Source: an uncultured Candidatus Melainabacteria bacterium
GTDB taxonomy: Bacteria > Cyanobacteriota > Vampirovibrionia > Gastranaerophilales > Gastranaerophilaceae
Reading direction: 5' to 3'
Assembly: GCA_949902595.1 (NCBI GenBank)
Contig: CATLDC010000007.1
Coordinates: forward strand, 29,496 to 93,495
Length of the DNA stretch: 64,000 nucleotides
Shown here: positions 35,113-44,535 of the stretch, one piece after another
How positions within the stretch are numbered: position 1 is the first letter of the stretch
Layout: each line of letters starts with the position of its first letter
Translations under genes and position numbers: made by a program
Notes under the pieces: model-generated
Database searches by the model: none
The model's input: only the letters and a program-made list of their open reading frames with translations
Told to the model about the DNA's origin: nothing

Positions 35113-37173
35113 ATGGCAGATAATCTTACTTTAAAACTTGTATTGAAAGCCAATGACGGCATGAGCGGAGTAGTCCGCCAAGCCGTCCGTGCTTCTGATG
35201 CAGATTTTGAAAAGCTCCAACGCAGCCTGAAGGATACCGCAGCCGGGTTTGAAGATTTCGGGAAAAAAGCAGGTATTGCAGGAGGTGCACTTACTGCGGC
35301 CTCTGGACTTAATGCTAAGCTTGCCGGAGACTTTGAAGAAGGGATGAATAATGTTTCAACGCTCATTGACACAAATGTTGAGTCTCTTGGTGATATGTCA
35401 AAAGCTATTCTTAGTATTGGAAAGGATTCTCCGAAAGCAATCAGCGATTTAACAGAAGGCCTATATTCTATACGTTCAGCAGGGATTGACGCTTCTGAAC
35501 AGTTCAATGTTTTACGCGGTTCTGAAAAACTTGCAGTCGCAGGACTTGCAACGACTGCCGAGGCCGTTGACATTTCAACATCTGCAATCAACGCTTTTCG
35601 GCTCAAGGGCGAAAAATCAGCCAAAATGTACGATATGCTTTTCAAAGTCGTAAAATACGGTAAAACCAATATTTCAGAATTTGCGCAGGGTTTTGGCTCT
35701 GTTGCCGGAGTTGTGGCATCCGCTGATATCAAGCTTGATGAGTACTCTGCTGCTGTCGCTGCAATGACCACAACCGGCGTAAAAGCCAACATTGCTCATA
35801 CCCAGATGAAAGCTGTTATTGCAGGCTTGTCCCGTGCTACCGATGACCAGGTAAAAATCTTCAACAAACTCGGCGCAAAATCTTTCAAAGACCTGATTCA
35901 GAAATCTGGAGGTTTGGTCAACGCTCTAGACAAAATTAAGACAGCTGTAGGCGGAGATGAGGCTAAAATCATTTCGCTTGTAGGTTCTGTTGAGGCCTAT
36001 AACGCAGTTATGTCACTTACTGGTGCAACAAACAAAGTCTATCTTCAGACTCTTGATGATATGAGAAATGGCGCAGACTCATTGAGCGAAGCTTATCAAA
36101 AGCAGGTATCAGGATTTAATAATCAGATGAAAATTTTAGGCAACCAATTCCAGGTACTTGGAATCAAGTTTGGTACAGGTTTGCTCCCTGTCTTAAAAAG
36201 TGCAGGAAATGTACTTAAAGGTGTTCTTGCTTTTCTCGACAGAATGCCTGAAGGGCTTACAAATGTTTTATCTATTACAGTTGCTGGTACTGGTGCTGCA
36301 TTGCTTGGTTTAAGCGGGATGTCATTTGCTATATCAGGTGCAATAAACGGATTTAACAACATGCTCTGGTTAATAAGGCAAGCAGACATTTTGATGTGGG
36401 GGTTTTCAGGGAGAATAAGTGTCGGTTTAGCAGGCATGCAAGCCGGGCTCCTTAAATTAATTCCAGCTATCCAGAAAATGGGTATTGTTATGAAAGGATT
36501 TAATCTTATATGTGCTGCAAATCCTCTTGGGCTTGTTATTGCACTCATTGGAGCTGCGGCCTTTACCGTTATGAAGTTCTGGAAACCTATAACCGGATTC
36601 TTTCGCGGGTTCTTTACGGGTTTACGAGAAGGTCTGGCTCCTATCACTCCAGCTTTTAAGCAAATTGCAGCTGCTGTTAAGCCTGTATTTGATTGGGTTA
36701 AAAAGCTTCTAAGCCCTATTAATAGTGCAGGGAAAGCTAGCGAAGATTTCGGGCATAAACTAGGAAAAGCAATTGGTGATGGAATTACTTGGTGCACTAA
36801 ATTAATCGGAAAGCTATGGGAGGTTGTTACTCTTGGCGGGCGTATTAAATTTGGCAATAAGAACGATGTATCAGGTTTTGTCAATGGCTCGCATGCTCAA
36901 GGTTTGGCGCGGGTTCCGTTTGATGGGTATATTGCAGAGACACATAAGGATGAATCAATTTTAAGTGCTCCGGAGGCGCGGGAATGGCGGAATTACAAGG
37001 CTGGTGGAAACGGCTCCCAGCCGATTGTGCTTAATTACAGCCCTAAGATTGAGGGCGGTGCGGGGCTTGACGAAGCTAAAATGCTTGCGATTCTCAAATC
37101 CAATGCACAAGAATTGGTACGGATACTTGAGGGTGTCTTAAGACGAAGAGAGGCCAGGTCTTATGGCTATTAA
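35113..37173 (+). CDS. Tail tape measure protein (TP901-like core)
   Basis: FEEGMNNVSTL, ISDLTEGLYSIRSAG, VVKYGKTNISEF, ANPLGLVIA; ends GSHAQGLARVPFDGYIAETHKDE. Confidence 0.9.
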   Translation: MADNLTLKLVLKANDGMSGVVRQAVRASDADFEKLQRSLKDTAAGFEDFGKKAGIAGGALTAASGLNAKLAGDFEEGMNNVSTLIDTNVESLGDMSKAILSIGKDSPKAISDLTEGLYSIRSAGIDASEQFNVLRGSEKLAVAGLATTAEAVDISTSAINAFRLKGEKSAKMYDMLFKVVKYGKTNISEFAQGFGSVAGVVASADIKLDEYSAAVAAMTTTGVKANIAHTQMKAVIAGLSRATDDQVKIFNKLGAKSFKDLIQKSGGLVNALDKIKTAVGGDEAKIISLVGSVEAYNAVMSLTGATNKVYLQTLDDMRNGADSLSEAYQKQVSGFNNQMKILGNQFQVLGIKFGTGLLPVLKSAGNVLKGVLAFLDRMPEGLTNVLSITVAGTGAALLGLSGMSFAISGAINGFNNMLWLIRQADILMWGFSGRISVGLAGMQAGLLKLIPAIQKMGIVMKGFNLICAANPLGLVIALIGAAAFTVMKFWKPITGFFRGFFTGLREGLAPITPAFKQIAAAVKPVFDWVKKLLSPINSAGKASEDFGHKLGKAIGDGITWCTKLIGKLWEVVTLGGRIKFGNKNDVSGFVNGSHAQGLARVPFDGYIAETHKDESILSAPEAREWRNYKAGGNGSQPIVLNYSPKIEGGAGLDEAKMLAILKSNAQELVRILEGVLRRREARSYGY

Positions 37174-37933
37174 TTTACAAACAATTTTTGATAGAACCGA
37201 AAGTTTGGATTTTTTTAAAGAAGTCAATTATACTCATCAGCAGGGTATAATAGGCAAAGCTTCTCTTGCAGCAGGGGCGGAAAACCTTAAAACTTATCCG
37301 CTTACAGTTAAACTTCATCATTCTTTCTGCAACCCGCAGGAAGTTATTGATGAAATCGAGTCAAGAATTGCTGGAAAAGAGATTCTTGACTACTTTCAGG
37401 GCTCGGTTTATATCGGAAAATATGTTCTTCAGCACCTTAACGTTGAAGTTTTAGAACAGATTGACGGGCATATAACAGCCTGTATCATCAATCTTGAGCT
37501 TCTGGAATCCGGCGAAAAAGAAGAAAGCTTTGTACAGCAGGTTGCTGATACCACGGCAGAAGGGCTCGAAAGTGTTAATAACACTATCTCCGGCAGGGCA
37601 AAAACTTTTCTTGCTTCATCCAATCCTGTTGTAAATTTTGTCAAAAAACAGGCAGAGAATATCAAAAACCAGATGTTTGACGCGGCGCTTGATATTCTTG
37701 AAAACGGCGATATTGAAGCGTTGCCGGAAATTGGAAAATTGACAGTCCGTGATATTGCTCGGAGCATTGTTTCTGATATCGAGAACCAGGGAATAACAAG
37801 TGTAGTAAGTATTACAGAAAAATATACATTAGAGGTGAATGTTCCTGGCTTAAGCCCGGAAGAATCTGAGCGGTTGGTCGATGCGCTCAAAGAGATTCCG
37901 AGGAAGATAATGGATAGTGCTCTGAGGGGGTAA
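37163..37933 (+). CDS. Phage tail protein (P2 gpU-like N-terminus with extension)
   Basis: Follows the tape measure; LTVKLHHSFCNP, YIGKYVL, INLELLE. Confidence 0.65.
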   Translation: MAINLQTIFDRTESLDFFKEVNYTHQQGIIGKASLAAGAENLKTYPLTVKLHHSFCNPQEVIDEIESRIAGKEILDYFQGSVYIGKYVLQHLNVEVLEQIDGHITACIINLELLESGEKEESFVQQVADTTAEGLESVNNTISGRAKTFLASSNPVVNFVKKQAENIKNQMFDAALDILENGDIEALPEIGKLTVRDIARSIVSDIENQGITSVVSITEKYTLEVNVPGLSPEESERLVDALKEIPRKIMDSALRG

Positions 37934-38042
37934 ATAAGGCTTGTAGGTTAGACAGTGGAACGACTCCGTCTATTGTGAAAGGGGTAAATTAGGTTTGGAG
38001 GCTTCAAGTCCGACTACTCCGCCTGATGTGAAAGGGGGTAAT
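37926..38042 (+). repeat. Interspersed repeat locus 11: two tandem A units flanked by GGGGGTAA
   Basis: GGGGGTAAATAAGGCTTGTAGGTTAGACAGTGGAACGACTCCGTCTATTGTGAAA GGGGTAAATTAGGTTTGGAGGCTTCAAGTCCGACTACTCCGCCTGATGTGAAA GGGGGTAAT then ATG. Confidence 0.92.
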
Positions 38043-38258
38043 ATGGCAGGCAGTTATAAATTCTACAAAACCCAGACCGGCGACCGGTGGGACAAGATTG
38101 CTTATAAGTTCTATGGTGATGTGTTCAAGCAGCAGCCGATTATTGAAGCTAATTCAGATGTAGCAATAACACCAATATTACCTGCCGGTATTACGCTTAT
38201 GATTCCTATACTGGAAAATGGTGCAGATAAAGGAGGTTTACCTGTATGGAAGCAGTAA
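38043..38258 (+). CDS. Tail protein X (LysM-like)
   Basis: YKTQTGDRWDKIAYKFYG...IIEANS...LPAGITLMIP...LPVWKQ. Confidence 0.85.
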   Translation: MAGSYKFYKTQTGDRWDKIAYKFYGDVFKQQPIIEANSDVAITPILPAGITLMIPILENGADKGGLPVWKQ

Positions 38259-39235
38259 TCTACAAACCAAACGTATTTCTTACTTATAACGGTCATGATG
38301 TCACAGAAGATTTTAGTCCGTATCTATTGGATGTTACTTATACTGATTTCGAAAAAGACCAGTCTGATGAACTCGACATCCGGCTAAAAGACAATGATGG
38401 CAAATTCAGAGATACATGGTCTCCGCGTAAAGGGGATAAGCTTGCCTGTACTTTATTTCCACAAAACGGTGGAACTTTAGAATGCGGAGCATTTACTATT
38501 GACGAAGTTGAGTATTCTGGCGACGAATCCGGTGACATCTGCACGATGCGTGCTCTGGCTGCAACAATAAACAAATCCGTAAGAACCCGCTTCACTCGCG
38601 GATATTCCGGTAAAACCCTTGTTGATATCGCCCGCGAAATCGGTGCACGTCACGGATTTGAAGTCATTGGAAATGCGGGATTTGTATATGTCGACACCAT
38701 TACTCAAGCAGGTGAAACCGACCTTTCTTTTCTGAACAGGGTTGCTTCAATGTACGGCTATACATTCAAGATAACTGATAACAAGCTTACTTTTATGCCG
38801 GTGGAAAATCTAGAAAACTCCGATATACTATTAACTTTTAATAAATCGAATATTAAAAGCTATTCTTTTACAGATACATCAACAAAAATGTACGGAGCCT
38901 GCACAGCTTCTTATTATGACCCAAAGACAAAGAAGCTCAAGAACTATACGGCAAGAAATACGAATAGTCTTTCAAAAGACACATTAAAGCTTTCTAATAA
39001 GTATATTTCATTAGACGCTGCAAAACGTGCGGCCAATATCGGACTCAAAAACGGCTCAACAGAGGTCACAGGCGCAATAACACTGAAAGAAAGTAATAGT
39101 AATTTTATTGCTGGGGTAAATGTGGAGTTTGTTGACGATTTTGGTGTTTATAACGGCAGATATCATATCACTCAAACTACGCACATAGTGTCTTGCGGGG
39201 TGTATGAAGTATCAGGAGAAATAAAGAAATGTTAG
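38246..39235 (+). CDS. Baseplate hub / late control gpD-like protein
   Basis: DQSDELDIRL, GAFTIDEVEYSG, TQAGETDLSFLNRVA, YHITQTTH. Confidence 0.85.
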   Translation: MEAVIYKPNVFLTYNGHDVTEDFSPYLLDVTYTDFEKDQSDELDIRLKDNDGKFRDTWSPRKGDKLACTLFPQNGGTLECGAFTIDEVEYSGDESGDICTMRALAATINKSVRTRFTRGYSGKTLVDIAREIGARHGFEVIGNAGFVYVDTITQAGETDLSFLNRVASMYGYTFKITDNKLTFMPVENLENSDILLTFNKSNIKSYSFTDTSTKMYGACTASYYDPKTKKLKNYTARNTNSLSKDTLKLSNKYISLDAAKRAANIGLKNGSTEVTGAITLKESNSNFIAGVNVEFVDDFGVYNGRYHITQTTHIVSCGVYEVSGEIKKC

Positions 39236-39747
39236 TATTTGGTAATGTTATAGCTATTGATGAAGCAAAAGCCAGAGTTCGGCTTAAACTTCCGGACATG
39301 GATGATTACGAGACTCCGGGTTGGATTTTTGTTCCGCAGGCTTGCACTGTCGGGGATAAATCTTATAACCTTCCGGCAATTAATACGCTTGTCGCAGCAG
39401 TTATGGACAGTGAAATGCAGGACGGATGCCTTCTCGGAGCCCTCTATAACGACGAAGATGTCTGTATCCTGGGCGATAAAAATGTTAAGTACATCAAATT
39501 TGAGGACGGGGCTTATTTTAAATACGACAAAACAACCGGATTCTTTGAAGGCAAAGCACCTAATAAAATCTATATGGAAGCACCTGTAATTGAGCTTAAA
39601 GGTGATGTTGTAAATACCGGGAACTTTTCTTCAACAGGTCAGGTTTCTGACAACAAATCTTCAATGCAGGCTATGAGAGATGTTTATAACTCTCATACTC
39701 ATACTTGTCCGGATGGAACGACAAGCACAGCAATGGGGCAAATGTAG
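39229..39747 (+). CDS. Baseplate spike (gpV)
   Basis: ARVRLKLPD, YNLPAIN, GCLLGALYN; C-terminal iron-binding HTH residues YNSHTHT. Confidence 0.88.
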   Translation: MLVFGNVIAIDEAKARVRLKLPDMDDYETPGWIFVPQACTVGDKSYNLPAINTLVAAVMDSEMQDGCLLGALYNDEDVCILGDKNVKYIKFEDGAYFKYDKTTGFFEGKAPNKIYMEAPVIELKGDVVNTGNFSSTGQVSDNKSSMQAMRDVYNSHTHTCPDGTTSTAMGQM

Positions 39748-39800
39748 CTGGTAGGATTGACGTTAATCCGTCTCCGCTTATTGTGAAAGGGCAAATGTAG
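39735..39800 (+). repeat. Interspersed repeat locus 12: variant A unit flanked by a 12-bp direct repeat
   Basis: GGGCAAATGTAG at 39736-39747 and 39789-39800; core GTAG followed by palindrome GGATTGACGTTAATCC. Confidence 0.85.
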
Positions 39801-40175
39801 ATGAATACTGTAGATATAACAACATTAAATACAAACTACTGGCAGCACAAAGCCGGCACAATCGGCGGGATTGCGACAGACCTTGAGGATGTCGGGCAGT
39901 GCTACGAGACAATAATCGGGCTCACAAAGGGTGATGTCCCGCATCAGCCTAACTTAGGCGCCAATATCATTCAGGCAATTGGTGAAAACCCCGCAGATGC
40001 AGACAGGATTGTAAGGGCGCTTTTGTTAACAGAGCTTTTGAAGCAGGAGCCCAGAGGAAAAATTAAGAATCTGGGCACTGATTACAACGAAAAAGGACAG
40101 TTTTTTGTAAAAATTACATACAGTCTTGTGGCAGATGAGACACAGATAGCAACGAGAGAGGTTATTATAAAATGA
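39801..40175 (+). CDS. Baseplate wedge gpW/gp25-like protein
   Basis: DVGQCYETIIGLTKGDVPHQPNLG, LLKQEPR. Confidence 0.75.
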   Translation: MNTVDITTLNTNYWQHKAGTIGGIATDLEDVGQCYETIIGLTKGDVPHQPNLGANIIQAIGENPADADRIVRALLLTELLKQEPRGKIKNLGTDYNEKGQFFVKITYSLVADETQIATREVIIK

Positions 40176-41383
40176 ATACCAAGCCAAACTTTATAGAAAT
40201 AGACCCCAAGGCGGATGAAGCGCTTTTGGTTAACAAATATCTGGAACTTACCAAAAAGACCGAACTATTTCCTGCGCAGAGCGAACGGATTTTAATAAGT
40301 CTTATTGCTTATTATGCCAATCTCGTTAAGAATCAGTTCAATGACGCAGCAGCTCTTAATCTGGTAAGGTTCAGCCGGGCACCTGTTCTTGATTTTATCG
40401 GAGAACTTTTTGGATGCACCAGGCTCAACGCAGAATGCGGACAAGATATACTTCAAATTACTCTCTTTGAAGAGTTTTCAACTGACTTAACTATCGAGAA
40501 AGGCTTGGAGATACAGACTAAGGACGGTAAATATATATTTAAGACATCTGAAGATGTTATTGTACCTGCCGGTGAAACGATTGTAACAGTACCACTTAAA
40601 TGTGAAATCGCAACAGCAGCCGTAAATTCTTATGGCGTTGGCGATATCAATATTTTGATTAAGCCACTTAGTTATATCAAAAATGTTACTAATATCAAAG
40701 GTGTATATGGTGGGCTTGATGAGGAATCTGACGAATCGTATATAGAAAGAATCCTTCTTTCTCCTGAAAGCTACACCTGTGCAGGTTCTTATGGCTCGTA
40801 TATTTATCATACAAAATCTGCTCATCAGGACATTGTGGATGTCGAGGCAGAAAGCCCGCAGCTTCCGGCCAAGGTAAGCATTGATTCAGAAGAGTTGCAG
40901 GAGTTTAGCGTTGATTATAAGTCGGGAGTTGTAACATTCACACATAATGAGCAGGTGTTTGAAATCACCATTCCACCCGCAGCTTCCGTATTTGTATATC
41001 CGCTTGTTAAAGATGGAGGGGCACAGTTTGACATTGTTAAGAGTGCAATTGAATCCAAGCTAAATGACCGCAATTGTATGCCAATGACTGACTATATTAG
41101 TGTCTTAGAACCGGTTGCTATTGAAAAAGAACTCAGTATTACTGTTATTATTAGCGAAAACGCTGATAAAGAGAAAGTAAAATCACTTGTAAATATTGCT
41201 ATAAACCAGCTTTGCGCAGATTATCGAAAAACACTTAATACTTCACTTGTTCCTTTGAGGTTTATAACGCCATTAGGTAATATTGATGGTGTACACAATG
41301 TCATTATAAACAATCTAAAAGCTGAAGAGCAATGTAAGCTTAACGAGTATTTTGTACTAACTGCGAAGGTGGAGTTTGAATGA
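40172..41383 (+). CDS. Baseplate J-like protein
   Basis: LFPAQSERIL, SRAPVLDFIG, GGLDEESDESYIERI, AGSYGSYIYH. Confidence 0.88.
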   Translation: MNTKPNFIEIDPKADEALLVNKYLELTKKTELFPAQSERILISLIAYYANLVKNQFNDAAALNLVRFSRAPVLDFIGELFGCTRLNAECGQDILQITLFEEFSTDLTIEKGLEIQTKDGKYIFKTSEDVIVPAGETIVTVPLKCEIATAAVNSYGVGDINILIKPLSYIKNVTNIKGVYGGLDEESDESYIERILLSPESYTCAGSYGSYIYHTKSAHQDIVDVEAESPQLPAKVSIDSEELQEFSVDYKSGVVTFTHNEQVFEITIPPAASVFVYPLVKDGGAQFDIVKSAIESKLNDRNCMPMTDYISVLEPVAIEKELSITVIISENADKEKVKSLVNIAINQLCADYRKTLNTSLVPLRFITPLGNIDGVHNVIINNLKAEEQCKLNEYFVLTAKVEFE

Positions 41384-41910
41384 GTCAAAGTTTGCTTCCA
41401 AAAAATTTACAGGATAAATCTTTTTTAGCACTAGAAGAGTGTGTTAAAGAGAGTATAAATATTGACTTAAAAACATTCATGACTTCAATCTGCGATTTTC
41501 TTCCTGATAATATTCTTTCATTTCTTGCTGAACAGTTTCATATTCTTGAAGAGGGGTGGAATGATTGTCAGAGCAGAACAGAACGAGTTGCATTAATCAA
41601 AAAAGCCGTCACTCTTCATAAAAGGAAAGGTACAAGAGGCTGCATTGAGGATTTCTTTGAGGCAATGGGAGCAAAATGCCGATTCTGGAGAGATTATGAC
41701 GGAATCCCTCATCATTTTATGATTGACCTCGACTATTTTGATAAAGGAGCTGATGTTTATGAGGTCTGTACAAATATTCAAAAAAATATAGATAAATACA
41801 AACAATTGCGTGCAAAGCTGGATGAGATTAATTTTTCAGTTGGTGTACAAAAAGATATAAATATCGCAAACGCCGTGCTCGCGGGGGAAATTATAACAGT
41901 GAGGATGTAA
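41380..41910 (+). CDS. Tail protein I (P2 gpI-like)
   Basis: LSFLAEQFHI, ALIKKAVTLHKRKGT. Confidence 0.85.
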   Translation: MSQSLLPKNLQDKSFLALEECVKESINIDLKTFMTSICDFLPDNILSFLAEQFHILEEGWNDCQSRTERVALIKKAVTLHKRKGTRGCIEDFFEAMGAKCRFWRDYDGIPHHFMIDLDYFDKGADVYEVCTNIQKNIDKYKQLRAKLDEINFSVGVQKDINIANAVLAGEIITVRM

Positions 41911-41913
41911 AAT

Positions 41914-44535
41914 ATGACTCTTACAAAAATCGGTCTTGAAAAACAGATTAATTGCTTATTAAACGGAGCTCAATACGGTATTAAATATATCGCAGTAGGT
42001 GATGGCAACGGGTCTGTTCCAACTCCGACGAACGAGGACACAAAGCTTGTGAATGAAGTCTGGCGCGGCGAAGTTACGGAGATTATAAACGAATCACCAA
42101 AATTTACTGCGGTTGCGTATATTCCGGCAGATGTCGGAGACTTTATAATACGCGAAATCGGGCTTTTTGATGAAAACAATAATCTCCTTTTTGTCTCCCA
42201 GATGGATGAAACGCCCAAAAAGTCGACAAACAGCGGGCTTGTGAAACAAATCGGACTCAAACTTGTATTTGAACTACAAAACGGGTTAAGTGCAATCATT
42301 ATTGACCCTTCAACCGTTACAGCTTCAACTAATTATGTATCTGAAAACTTTCAAAAACTTAGCGAAAAATCGAAACCAAACGGCTATGCATCCCTGGACG
42401 ATTCTGGTAAAGTGCCCACATCGCAGCTTCCTTTATACGTACGCGGAGATAAGCTTTATTACATAGACCCGGAAGGTAATGAACAGGAATTTAAAAAAGG
42501 TGGCAGTGGTCTCCCGCTTGGCACTCTCTTCTACTCTGACCACATCCTTGAAGGTGATGATGCTAAGGGCAACGCGCTTCTCGGTTCATACATTTATAAG
42601 AATGCTGCTCCGGGGCGTTACGGGCATCCGGAATTTTACAACAGGTGGGTAGCAGAGTATCAAAACAGCACACGCTATGCATTTGAGCAGCCGGTGCTTT
42701 CTGCAAACGGCACATTGGGCGGGGATAGTTTTGCGGTAGCTGCGAGTAGTCAGCACGCAAACATACCGGGCGGCGCTTGGAATGCTTTTAATGGTACAAA
42801 CACTGGTGTGAATGATTGTTGGCATTCTTCTGGTGTTAACAATGAATGGCTTACATTCTATAACCCATTACCTATAAATGTTACAAAGCTGACTATCACC
42901 AACCGTAACACTACGACCAGTGGTGATTGGCACTTGGTTGGAAGTGGTACGGTATATGGTTCCAACGATAACAGCAATTGGGAGGAGTTGGTTGAGTTTA
43001 CCAATCCAAACACAACAACGGATTGCGGGAATGCTAGTTGGGAGATTGATTTAAGCAGTAATAATAAAAGTTATAAATATTACAAGTTGCAGGTTAATCC
43101 TGTTGAAGGTGACGGATATGTTATCATTGGCAAGCTTGAAATCACTGCGGGAAGTTTTCTCCTTAAGCACTCTAAAGGTCATATATTCTATGACATTACG
43201 GACAAGTCTGTTGTTGATGATATTTTTGATTTTACGGGTGTTGCGTATTTTTACGGAGTAGATGAGGAGAATGAACGTATATTCTTGCCTCGTTCTGTGA
43301 GGTACTTCAAGAATGGTAGTCTGGACACTGTTGGGGAGTTTGGCCGAGGCCAGTTGCCAAATATTAAATTTAGTTTAGGTTTTAACGCAACAAACGTTTC
43401 TAGCGCCAGCGGAGCTGCGAAAGGTGTCAATTATTCAAATGGATGGTCTACAGGAAACAATAAAAACAACGGTTTTACCTGGGTAGATGTAGCAGCTTCT
43501 AATTATTCTGACGCTTATACCGATAACAACATTATTGACACAGACCACACCAACCTCCTTGTCTACATGGTAGTCGGTACGACAGAAGGCACATCAGCAC
43601 CTATTGACGCGATTGACATTACTACAAGTGAAAACGACACGATTCCTCTCGGATTCAGTACTTATCAGGGGGCTGCGCAGCCGTCTTTGGCTTGGCTTGC
43701 TGCTGTCGATGGCTGGGAGAACGGTAAAGAGCATCTTTCGTTCTTTAACAAGTTCAAGGACAAGATTGGCCAGCCTTTCTGTAATGGGTTTGTAAGGAAT
43801 TATACAGACGAGTACACTAAGTATGACCTTGTTATCAATCAGGATGATATGAAGTTCAGGTTGCCGTTGTTGAATGGGACAGAGCGGAAGATTGATTATA
43901 CCGATGGCACTCCTTTAACAAATGAGGAGGAATATGTTGTTCTTCAAAACGGGCTTATTGCAGGTAATATAAAAAATCCGCAAGCTTGGCAGGATTCGAA
44001 ATTAATGATAAACGGGGTTATGCTTGGTTCGAATAAGAATCCGACTTCATCAGCATTAAATGGTGCTTACTACGCTTTTAGTGCGTCAGTGTCCAAGGGT
44101 GATGTTGCTAAACCAATAGGTTTGACTGATGTTAAGTTTTATCCTGCTAAAGGTGACGGCACTCTCTACTTCAAGGTCAGCAATGCTGTTCAGAATCTTG
44201 AGGTTCTTAACGCAGCGGAGACTAAGGCCAATATGCTTACCAGAGCTAATAAAGCCGAGATTGTTGGCTGGGGGATGCCTGATTACAGCGCTGGTGTTGT
44301 TTTGCCAAGCGGGTCGGCAGCACCTAGTGCGGGAGTTGTAATGTTGAACTCCGGAACAATTGGGACTGCTTGGTTATATATAAATGGAGAAGCTGTTTTG
44401 CGCTCACAAATTACTAATACTACTGGTCATTTCTTTACTCTTGCCCCTATTGATAAAGACGAAATAGTAACAGCAACAGGTATCGGCGTGGGAGGCGCAA
44501 TACAATTTTATCCATTGAAAGGAGTTAGTAACTAA
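41914..44535 (+). CDS. Tail fibre protein with F5/8-type-C (discoidin-like) carbohydrate-binding module
   Basis: N-terminal anchor (IAVGDGNG...VGDFIIREIGLFD); collar-like GLPLGTLF and IPLGF segments; AWNAFNG...WHS...EWLTF...VYGSND...YKYYKL. Confidence 0.85.
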   Translation: MTLTKIGLEKQINCLLNGAQYGIKYIAVGDGNGSVPTPTNEDTKLVNEVWRGEVTEIINESPKFTAVAYIPADVGDFIIREIGLFDENNNLLFVSQMDETPKKSTNSGLVKQIGLKLVFELQNGLSAIIIDPSTVTASTNYVSENFQKLSEKSKPNGYASLDDSGKVPTSQLPLYVRGDKLYYIDPEGNEQEFKKGGSGLPLGTLFYSDHILEGDDAKGNALLGSYIYKNAAPGRYGHPEFYNRWVAEYQNSTRYAFEQPVLSANGTLGGDSFAVAASSQHANIPGGAWNAFNGTNTGVNDCWHSSGVNNEWLTFYNPLPINVTKLTITNRNTTTSGDWHLVGSGTVYGSNDNSNWEELVEFTNPNTTTDCGNASWEIDLSSNNKSYKYYKLQVNPVEGDGYVIIGKLEITAGSFLLKHSKGHIFYDITDKSVVDDIFDFTGVAYFYGVDEENERIFLPRSVRYFKNGSLDTVGEFGRGQLPNIKFSLGFNATNVSSASGAAKGVNYSNGWSTGNNKNNGFTWVDVAASNYSDAYTDNNIIDTDHTNLLVYMVVGTTEGTSAPIDAIDITTSENDTIPLGFSTYQGAAQPSLAWLAAVDGWENGKEHLSFFNKFKDKIGQPFCNGFVRNYTDEYTKYDLVINQDDMKFRLPLLNGTERKIDYTDGTPLTNEEEYVVLQNGLIAGNIKNPQAWQDSKLMINGVMLGSNKNPTSSALNGAYYAFSASVSKGDVAKPIGLTDVKFYPAKGDGTLYFKVSNAVQNLEVLNAAETKANMLTRANKAEIVGWGMPDYSAGVVLPSGSAAPSAGVVMLNSGTIGTAWLYINGEAVLRSQITNTTGHFFTLAPIDKDEIVTATGIGVGGAIQFYPLKGVSN

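Noticed and set aside
34923-36884. Long antisense ORFs (289 aa and 253 aa) opposite the tape measure, and similar shadows elsewhere
   Set aside because: They are codon-mirror shadows of Ala/Gly-rich genes, with no RBS and no recognisable motifs.
25459-39800. Tandem repeat units read as CRISPR mini-arrays or solitary-repeat RNA anti-CRISPRs
   Set aside because: The variable middles are only ~18 bp and related to each other, arrays never exceed two units, no cas genes are present, and I do not recognise a known CRISPR repeat. A comparison with the host's CRISPR repeats would be needed to exclude it fully.
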